Part shown: piece by piece, positions 25,675-32,000 of the stretch
How the letters are laid out: each line of letters starts with the position of its first letter
Position numbering within the stretch: position 1 is the first letter of the stretch
NCBI RefSeq assembly: GCF_000010625.1
Contig: NC_010296.1
Span: forward strand, 5,550,001 to 5,582,000
Direction: 5' to 3'
Length of the DNA: 32,000 nt
DNA from: Microcystis aeruginosa NIES-843
GTDB taxonomy: Bacteria > Cyanobacteriota > Cyanobacteriia > Cyanobacteriales > Microcystaceae
Made by a program: the position numbers and the translations under genes
The notes under the pieces: model-generated
Databases searched by the model: none
Seen by the model: only the letters and a program-made list of their open reading frames with translations
Told to the model about the DNA's origin: nothing

Positions 25675-25710
25675 TATGAAAGATCATTATGATCACCCTT
25701 GAGTGAGTTA

Positions 25711-27225
25711 TTATTGAGGTTGAGGACAAGTTCCTAGGCCCCAATCTACATATAGATCATGGGGATTAGTATCTCGTAGCCAACTAACTAATTTTTTGTA
25801 GTCAGCAATATCGTAGATACCAAGGCAACCTGCCGTTCCTGGACAGGGACCATCACAATATTTTCCATTCCAATCAATATGGATTTCAATAGCACTTCGC
25901 CGTGTGGAATTCGGTCCGACATATTTGATAGGGGTAGTCACTGGACCCAGACCATTACTAAAAACAGTCGGTCCATATTTATCTTTGCCACCTGCCCAGA
26001 GAATGTCATTAATGTACCATTTGCCTTCAGGCAGCGGTTCCATGGAACCCGATACACTTTGAGGACCTGTACGGAATAGTTGTTTACTCCGTTGTCCAGA
26101 GCAAACTTTAAGATGATCTTTTACCTGTCCATTCTTGATATATTCCAAAATGAGAATATATAAACCATCACCGTCTTTCTGGTTAGTTTTAGTCAGTCGG
26201 AGATAAGTTCCTTCAGCAGGTTGAGGAGTAGGTGTGGGTGTTGTTTCTTCTCCCCACAATTTAGCCCAAGTTTTTGGTCCGACTTTCCCATCTGCTTCGG
26301 AGTGACCAAAAACGTCAGCTTGGAATTTTCTGACCGCCTCATCCGTGCCACTGCCAAAGATACCATCCAATTCTTTCTGGTAATAGCCTAAATCTTTTAA
26401 GCGTTCCTGCATTTCTCGGATGTCATAACCGGGGGCATCTTCATCACTCATGCCTTTCAGTAACAGTCCTCGATTTAATTGAGGTGGATTTTCCACTAGA
26501 GAAAGTGTCTGATTACGACCTGCGAATACAATTTGTGTAGCTTGCGGAATAGGACTCCCAGGTTCGGCAAGATGAAAATTCCGAGCATTGGGATATTGTT
26601 GCAACAGATCGATCAAATCATCTTTAAGATGGGTTTCTAGTTTAACAACCTCTACCACTTGTTGATCATTGTAGGCAACAACTACTGTATTTCCCCCATC
26701 TAAATATCCTTTCAACCAAGTTACAGAATGTTCAGGAGAGACTTCAAGCTCAATAGGAGTTCCAAAACTATCATTTTTACGGAATAAAGCTTCCTCATCT
26801 TTACGGCGATTGGTTAACCCCTCAAGCACAACTTGTACTCCGTTAACTGTTGCTTTATTCCAACGTTTAAATTCATTGGCAGCCCCCTCATAATCCTTCT
26901 CATTCAGTTTACGTCGTAAGGTACTTTCTTTAAAAGCTCCGATGCCTACGTTATAAGCAAAGGAAACTAAAGCGTCAAACTGATTTTGATGAAGATCAAC
27001 ATTTACTAATTCATCTACAGCTTTGGCTTTTTCCTCACATTCATTGACAAGGAAGCCTTCCGCCTGTTGATCAGTAATCTTATCCCCTTCCCGAACACGT
27101 CGTCCATCAGGATAACAAGTTGTTCCAATCCCAATTGTCCAAACGCCAGCAGGACATTTATAAGCGGTAAGCTTACAACCTTCCCACTTTTTGATCAGAT
27201 CAATACAGTTCTGTGATACTTTCAT
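25711..27225 (-). CDS. GH24 phage-type lysozyme + PG_binding_1 + C-terminal YkuD/Tlde1-like (L,D-transpeptidase-fold) domain fusion
   Basis: AGGAGG lies upstream of the ATG. The GH24 region is KKWEGCKLTAYKCPAGVWTIGIG (E-x8-C-x5-T variant of the catalytic triad) ...QFDALVSFAYNVG...NRRKDEEALF. PG_binding_1 is MQERLKDLGYYQKELDGIFGSGTDEAVRKFQ...DGKVGPKTWAKLW. The C-terminal region is EGKWYI...RSAIEIHIDWNGKYCDGPCPGTAGCLGI (H-x17-TxGC). Confidence 0.85.
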   Translation of the reverse strand: MKVSQNCIDLIKKWEGCKLTAYKCPAGVWTIGIGTTCYPDGRRVREGDKITDQQAEGFLVNECEEKAKAVDELVNVDLHQNQFDALVSFAYNVGIGAFKESTLRRKLNEKDYEGAANEFKRWNKATVNGVQVVLEGLTNRRKDEEALFRKNDSFGTPIELEVSPEHSVTWLKGYLDGGNTVVVAYNDQQVVEVVKLETHLKDDLIDLLQQYPNARNFHLAEPGSPIPQATQIVFAGRNQTLSLVENPPQLNRGLLLKGMSDEDAPGYDIREMQERLKDLGYYQKELDGIFGSGTDEAVRKFQADVFGHSEADGKVGPKTWAKLWGEETTPTPTPQPAEGTYLRLTKTNQKDGDGLYILILEYIKNGQVKDHLKVCSGQRSKQLFRTGPQSVSGSMEPLPEGKWYINDILWAGGKDKYGPTVFSNGLGPVTTPIKYVGPNSTRRSAIEIHIDWNGKYCDGPCPGTAGCLGIYDIADYKKLVSWLRDTNPHDLYVDWGLGTCPQPQ

Positions 27226-27304
27226 GGCAAATCCTCCTAATTATGTCAGATTATGAGTGTTTATGTAAGTAAAGTGAAGGCGACATTTTTGAGGCAGCGA
27301 AGTG

Positions 27305-28414
27305 CTAAACAGAGACTATTTCTTTCTTTCTCAAAGCACCAAGCTCTTGCTCAAGCATCATTTGAATTTCGGGAATAGCGGGTTTATAAGGGGGATTAAC
27401 ATTCAGGTCTGTCCAGCGATTTTTAACACTTTCATGCAAATTGCTAACATCCCCTTCAAATTGGCGAGGTGCTGTTCCCGCTACATTAAATGGCCATTTT
27501 GACGTATTATCAAAATACGCACTACAATTGGGATGAACTCCATGTTGAATATAACTTTTATCTAAGGCCAAACCCAAGGCTTCGACTTGTTCCATCATCC
27601 ACAATAAAGCCCCATCGGATAGGCCAGATTCTTCCTGAGAACCTCCACCAACACAACCATGACCCCCCGGAAACCAAACTTGAACCACCTGTTCTTTTTG
27701 TTGTCTGATCTGGGTAGAATGGGGACGCATTAGCGTTACATCAAAGACCTTACGAATTTCATCAATAGCAACTGCATGAAACGCCTTTTCAATTGTGGGA
27801 TTGATGGTCGAATCATAAAAGCGATAACGTTCGTTGAACTTTTCATCTAAATGCAGAGAATGAACGATATCGGGGATACCTAAAGAAGCAACCGTATCCC
27901 AACAGCATAAGGCTTTAATGGGAACCCGTCGTCCATACTTATTACGGAAATCAATGGCATTTTTACCGTTAGGTGCGTTATTTGGGTCTTGTTTGTCTCG
28001 GTAAATTTCGTAGGCTTTGGGAATTTGTCGGATAAATTCTCGATACAACAAACCACAATTATAAATTAACCCAGCTAAACAGCGTACAGTGTAAGCTCCC
28101 CGACTAAACCCAAAGAGATAAATTTCATCTTCAGGTTGATAGTTTAAGCACAGAAAACGATAGGCATCCTCAATCTTATGATCCATGCCAATGCCTAAAG
28201 CACCTCCAGCAATTTTAATTAAAGTATCAGTTACCTCGGCATTAGATTGTTTTGTCCCAATCCCTTCGTCATAGTAGATGATTTGACGGATGGGGTTGCC
28301 CTTACTATCATCAAGTGGTGTGATAGCTTGCACCATTTTGACAACATTGGTAGGATAACCTTGTCCTAAATCTTGCCAAGTTCCATCACAACAAACAATA
28401 AGACGGCTTTTCAT
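27305..28414 (-). CDS. DUF2235 alpha/beta hydrolase (T6SS Tle1 phospholipase-like fold), stand-alone
   Basis: AGGAGG lies 9 nt upstream of the ATG. Motifs are LIVCCDGTWQD...YPTNV, YYDEGIGT, GFSRGA, CCWDTVASLGIPD, HAVAIDEIR and PGGHGCVGG. It is a paralog of the C-terminal domain of the 7793-9817 product. Confidence 0.9.
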   Translation of the reverse strand: MKSRLIVCCDGTWQDLGQGYPTNVVKMVQAITPLDDSKGNPIRQIIYYDEGIGTKQSNAEVTDTLIKIAGGALGIGMDHKIEDAYRFLCLNYQPEDEIYLFGFSRGAYTVRCLAGLIYNCGLLYREFIRQIPKAYEIYRDKQDPNNAPNGKNAIDFRNKYGRRVPIKALCCWDTVASLGIPDIVHSLHLDEKFNERYRFYDSTINPTIEKAFHAVAIDEIRKVFDVTLMRPHSTQIRQQKEQVVQVWFPGGHGCVGGGSQEESGLSDGALLWMMEQVEALGLALDKSYIQHGVHPNCSAYFDNTSKWPFNVAGTAPRQFEGDVSNLHESVKNRWTDLNVNPPYKPAIPEIQMMLEQELGALRKKEIVSV

Positions 28415-28934
28415 AGCGATGAACCTCCTAGGTTTCTTAAAACTCGCCAGTTTACGGAATCTTTGAGAATTCTAGTGAATCATGACTCAAAATTATTGAG
28501 ATTTTCCTTGAGGTAAAAGTACTGCAAGACTCAACCGAGACAAAGGAAGTTCTAACTCTGTTCGGAAGTGATATAGATGAGTTAGATAGCCAGCTTGACT
28601 AGGTAAAATTAGGTGCGGTACTTATACTCACTACTCTAGATCGTCTATCAGAATTTACTGCCCTAAGGATTGCAAATTAACATATTTCTTTAGATTTATG
28701 TATATAAGTTTACAGAATATTGTTGAGCTATTTATTAATAAAAAAAGTTGAGTTTGATTGAAAACCATCTTAACACCTAAGCCCGCCAACCTGAACTTTA
28801 GCTGATTCTCGATCGCAATTTTAGCCCACCCTAGCACTGCGCTCTTTTCCTACAAGGATTTTTACTAAGAAAAATGATCTGTCTGCCTGAGAACAGGCTA
28901 TAGTGATCATCAAACCCTCAGTGAAAAACTTCCC

Positions 28935-29651
28935 GTGTCTTCAGTATTCCGCCTTCCTCCCTATTTTTCCCCCGCTCTGCAGCGTCGAGTCATGAAAACT
29001 CTCGCCGCAAAAAAAACCCGTCAATTCTTGACATGGGCGGCAGCTTGTGCTAGTTTTTTGATCCTCTGGGCGTGGAATTGGCAGTTAGTTTTGGCCACTT
29101 TAACCGGAGTGGGGGCGATGATTGGAGTTTACCATCTCCAGGGTCAAAACTGGCCATCGCTGTGGCTGTGGGGGCGTGCTTTTTTCAGCGCCGATAGCGG
29201 TAAGTTAACTTTAGCGGTAGTCTGTGGCGGTTTGGGCAGTTTAGCCACCTATCTCGCTGTCGCCATTTGGACCTATGCCGAAAATCGCTGGTTGGCCCTG
29301 GCCTCAATTTTGCAAGGATTTGGCACGGTTTTGACTTTAATCCTGCTAGGATGGCATTTTCTCGACCATCGCGGTCAAAATGAGTCAAAAAACTTCGATC
29401 GCTGGTTAGAAAAATTAACAGTCAATGATCCCTTAATGCGCTTAATGGCAGTCCGACGTTTAAGTGAAATGCAACTTTCCCCCAGTCGTCGAGAACAATG
29501 CCAAGAATACTTCCGTTATCTTCTCTCGCGAGAAACCGATGCACAAGTGCGATCGGCTTTACTCGATAATTTTGCCAGCAAAGAAGCAATCAAACCGCAA
29601 CCTTTACAAATACCTCTACAGGTGAGAAAATCCCTCCTAAAATACGATTAA
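28935..29651 (+). CDS. Hypothetical integral membrane protein with a soluble helical C-terminal region
   Basis: 238-aa ORF with a GTG start at 28935; an alternative ATG lies at 28992. It has about 4 hydrophobic segments, followed by ...LMRLMAVRRLSEMQL...YFRYLLSRETDAQVRSALLDNF (HEAT-like). Confidence 0.65.
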   Translation: MSSVFRLPPYFSPALQRRVMKTLAAKKTRQFLTWAAACASFLILWAWNWQLVLATLTGVGAMIGVYHLQGQNWPSLWLWGRAFFSADSGKLTLAVVCGGLGSLATYLAVAIWTYAENRWLALASILQGFGTVLTLILLGWHFLDHRGQNESKNFDRWLEKLTVNDPLMRLMAVRRLSEMQLSPSRREQCQEYFRYLLSRETDAQVRSALLDNFASKEAIKPQPLQIPLQVRKSLLKYD

Positions 29652-29654
29652 TAC

Positions 29655-29673
29655 TAAATCCTGTTTAAAAAGT
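29655..29673. repeat. Solo IS630-type terminal inverted repeat
   Basis: CTAAATCCTGTTTAAAAAG matches the left terminus of the IS630 remnant (12393-12412, CTAAATCCTGTTTTAAAAAG) apart from one T. Confidence 0.6.
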
Positions 29674-29676
29674 ATA

Positions 29677-29735
29677 GGGAAGTGGGGAAGTGGGGAAATT
29701 GAACTAAAACCCCAAAACCCCAAAACCTAAAACCT
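29677..29735. repeat. Short tandem repeats (GGGAAGTG x2-3, then AAAACCCC x2 and AAAACCT x2)
   Basis: Read directly from the sequence. They lie in the intergenic region between convergent genes. Confidence 0.85.
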
Positions 29736-29870
29736 GTCTCCTAACGACCGGCTCCTGACTCGGAGAATACTGACGACCGACGACCTGCACCTGAATCCTA
29801 GGCCACCATTTAAGATAACTGCTATAGTTAAAGCTAAAGGCTCACTGTAGAGGCTGAAGACGATATTTTT

Positions 29871-30830
29871 TTACACCAAAGTTAACTCGCGCTCCTCGAT
29901 ATTTTGGAACATAAGTGTACTCAGATAACGTTCCCCGAAACTAGGCTGAATCACCACAATTAATTTACCCTCATTTTCCGGTCGTTGGGCTAGTTGAATC
30001 GCCGCGCAAAGATTGGCACCGGAAGAAATCCCCGAAAGCAACCCTTCCTCTTTTGCCAGACGACGACCAAATTGAAAAGCTTCCTCATCACTGACAGTAA
30101 TTACCTCATCAATCAGATCTGTGCGTAAAACTTCTGGAATAAAACCTGCACCGATACCTTGAATTTTATGGGGACCGGGATTACCACCAGAAATCACTGG
30201 ACTATTGAAAGGTTCCACCGCGACTACTTGAAAACTAGGTTTACGGGATTTAATTACTTCAGCGACTCCCGTAATCGTGCCGCCAGTACCCACACCCGCA
30301 ACAATAAAATCTACCTGTCCCTCCGTATCTTGCCAAATTTCCTCAGCAGTGGTGAGACGGTGAATTTCCGGGTTAGAAGGGTTGCGAAATTGTTGCAACA
30401 TATAAGCGTCGGGGATACTATCGACGATTTGTTGAGCGCGTAAAATTGCCCCTTTCATACCTTGGGAACCGGGGGTAAGTTCTAGGGTAGCACCGTAGGC
30501 TTTTAACATCGCCCGGCGCTCTAAACTCATCGTTTCCGGCATAGTTAAAATTAAGCGATAACCCTTAGCTGCCGCAGTCATCGCTAGAGCAATTCCCGTA
30601 TTGCCAGAAGTGGGTTCCACTAAAACCGTGGTTTCTGGATTGATTAAACCCGCTTTTTCGGCGCTATTAATCATGTGAGTGCCAATGCGGTCTTTGACGG
30701 AAGCAGCGGGATTCATCCCTTCTAATTTCATCACAATTCGGCCAAGACAGCCCTCCGCTTGGGGAATCCGATTCAATTGTACTAAAGGTGTGCGGCCAAC
30801 CAATTCGGTGACATCGTGAGCGATACGCAT
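29871..30830 (-). CDS. cysK: Cysteine synthase A (O-acetylserine sulfhydrylase)
   Basis: 319-aa ORF. It has the PLP-lysine region [11 protein letters not shown], plus [10 protein letters not shown] and [10 protein letters not shown], all typical of CysK/CysM. Confidence 0.93.
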   Translation of the reverse strand: MRIAHDVTELVGRTPLVQLNRIPQAEGCLGRIVMKLEGMNPAASVKDRIGTHMINSAEKAGLINPETTVLVEPTSGNTGIALAMTAAAKGYRLILTMPETMSLERRAMLKAYGATLELTPGSQGMKGAILRAQQIVDSIPDAYMLQQFRNPSNPEIHRLTTAEEIWQDTEGQVDFIVAGVGTGGTITGVAEVIKSRKPSFQVVAVEPFNSPVISGGNPGPHKIQGIGAGFIPEVLRTDLIDEVITVSDEEAFQFGRRLAKEEGLLSGISSGANLCAAIQLAQRPENEGKLIVVIQPSFGERYLSTLMFQNIEERELTLV

Positions 30831-31301
30831 GATATTTTCTCAGTCTGGGTGATTCGTGTGCTTAGTTATAGCGGTGAGCTCTCAGCTTTAGCGTTTGAGA
30901 ATTTCCTCACTAGCCAAGGAGGCGCTATATAGCTCACTTATAGCAAAGGCCAGCCCTAGATCGGCAAAATTTCCATTTTCCTTTGTTTCTTCAGTCGGTC
31001 CGAGTTGATTCCCAGAGACAGGCAAAACTACCATGACCGATAAGATTGCTTTTTTCCAAAAGCTTATACTTGTACTAAAATAATTATGGATAGTTTACTA
31101 AAGTCAGAATTACGGTCATGACTATTAAATCTAATCTAGCCCTATTGAAAGAACAACACATAGAAATTAAGGGCGGATATTCTAGAGTAGTTATGATAAT
31201 GTATAAAGATCAATATAAAGAAAAGGAATCCAAAGATAAAACCATCGCTCAGAAATTTAATACCTATCATTTTGTAAAGTATAAAGAGCAAGTGGTTGAC
31301 T

Positions 31302-31405
31302 TATAGCAATTCCCATAGTTGTGAGGTACAGAGTCTTAGGTTTTGAGGAGTCAGGAGTCAGGAGTTAAGATTTTGGTGTACCTCATGAGATTGGGAAACG
31401 CTATA
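31302..31405. repeat. MITE-like element, same family as 12134-12272 in inverted orientation, with a (GGAGTCA) heptamer core
   Basis: Its reverse complement reads TATAGCGTTTCCCAATCTCATGAGGTACACCAAAATCTTAACTCCTGACTCCTGACTCCTCAAAACCTAAGACTCTGTACCTCACAACTATGGGAATTGCTATA. The arms are nearly identical to those of the first copy. Confidence 0.85.
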
Positions 31406-31492
31406 TTAACCCGTGGGTGTACCGTTAGCGTCGAGACAAGGACAATTATCGAGGAGATGAAAAAATTATCATAAAATATCCTGTGAGATGCG

Positions 31493-32000
31493 TTACTTAG
31501 CTGCGTTAGCGTTAGTAATACACCCTAATTCTGATAAATTCAAACTATTTAAAATACGGGTTTTTATTGGTCTTTTTTCATCCCAGAATATCAGAGATGA
31601 ATAAAATTCCATCGCTAGGGAAGAATTGAGAAGCTGTAGTGTTTTCTGAGCAGTATCTAAATCATCAAAGCTTAAGAAGTAAACAGTATCATCGAAAATA
31701 ACTGGTTGATTTTGATAGGGTGATATAAGTTGAAAATTCAGTTTCTTATAAAGTCCAGAAATGGCAATTTTAAAAGGAGAGAAGGTGTAAGAACCAACGC
31801 CGAATATAGAAAAATCTGGTTGATTTTGATAGATTTTGCTTTTTCTATTCCCAAAGTAATCTACATGATTAACTAGATACTGCCAAGTTTTTGGCGCTAT
31901 ATCTCGCATATTTTCTGTAGATTCACCAATAAACTTCTGAGTTACTAAAACGTATTTATTGATAATTTCTAGGCGATTTTGTGCCACATCTGAACCTTTA
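31493..32000 (-). CDS. C-terminal part of a probable DNA methyltransferase or restriction-modification protein (5' end outside the window)
   Basis: The frame stays open upstream of the track's GTG start to the window edge. Motifs such as PDFSIFGVGSYTFSPFKIAISGLYKKLNF...FDDTVYFLSF...LLNSSLAMEFY...WDEKRPI resemble the target-recognition and C-terminal region of SAM-dependent DNA methyltransferases. This call is from memory only. Confidence 0.5.
   Translation of the reverse strand, partial: KGSDVAQNRLEIINKYVLVTQKFIGESTENMRDIAPKTWQYLVNHVDYFGNRKSKIYQNQPDFSIFGVGSYTFSPFKIAISGLYKKLNFQLISPYQNQPVIFDDTVYFLSFDDLDTAQKTLQLLNSSLAMEFYSSLIFWDEKRPIKTRILNSLNLSELGCITNANAAK

Noticed and set aside
27302-27708. 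Plus-strand ORFs at 27302-27502 and 27490-27708; also 25879-26079
   Set aside because: They are antisense to the DUF2235 and lysozyme-fusion genes, which have clear domain signatures.
22397-28414. Interpretation as an ordinary prophage lysis cassette or a T6SS effector island
   Set aside because: The window contains no holin, spanin, terminase, capsid or tail genes, and no Hcp/VgrG/PAAR/Tss genes. The block is therefore kept as an unexplained operon rather than assigned to either.
28440-28934. AT-rich 495-bp divergent intergenic region, scanned for small RNAs and operators
   Set aside because: I found no clear palindromes, repeats or conserved motifs. It probably contains the promoters of the lytic operon and of the 28935 gene, but I cannot place them.
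31118-31306. 62-aa plus-strand ORF rich in Lys/Glu
   Set aside because: It is short, with no RBS or recognisable motif, and it ends inside the MITE-like repeat. It cannot be supported as a gene from sequence alone.
1-32000. tRNA, rRNA, tmRNA and RNase P genes
   Set aside because: I saw no cloverleaf-compatible T-arm or acceptor pattern and no conserved rRNA or RNase P motifs on a read-through of either strand. This is not an exhaustive computational scan.

Overview
The window looks like an accessory, mobile-element-rich region of a cyanobacterial chromosome. Supporting signs are HIP1 GCGATCGC palindromes (e.g. 11865, 14894, 19633, 23484), heptamer tandem repeats, tnpB-only IS605-family and IS630 elements, and an NRPS. 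A Microcystis-like origin is an inference, not shown. Left to right: (1) the 5' part of an NRPS gene (C then A domain, minus strand, runs off the window). (2) A tnpB-only IS200/IS605 element sits in the divergent promoter region between the NRPS gene and an SbmA/BacA-type ABC transporter. (3) An orphan HExxH protein. (4) A three-gene plus-strand module: LamG-DUF2235 (Tle1-like lipase fold), a 2-TM protein with an (IENEPV)5 repeat, and a coiled-coil GUN4-domain protein. (5) An internally deleted IS630 remnant and a second tnpB element. (6) A visibly GC-rich island with a SIMPL-domain gene, a truncated tnpB pseudogene, a decayed arylsulfatase fragment and an intact 789-aa arylsulfatase. (7) An ORF-less group II intron with a textbook domain V. 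(8) A secreted Gly-rich protein. (9) A tight five-gene minus-strand operon (28414 to 22397) encoding only envelope-attacking or envelope-binding domains: a DUF2235 lipase-like protein, a GH24 lysozyme + PG_binding_1 + YkuD/Tlde1-like fusion, a LecA/PA-IL-like lectin, a ~560-aa unknown, and an Ig-like + papain-fold (Tae4/NlpC-like) amidase. None has an obvious signal peptide, and no immunity gene or secretion machinery is present. (10) A membrane protein, cysK, and the C-terminal part of a probable DNA methyltransferase at the right edge. The best candidates for an undescribed system are the five-gene envelope-lytic operon and the paralogous LamG-DUF2235/TM/GUN4 module. No rRNA, tRNA or CRISPR array was seen.
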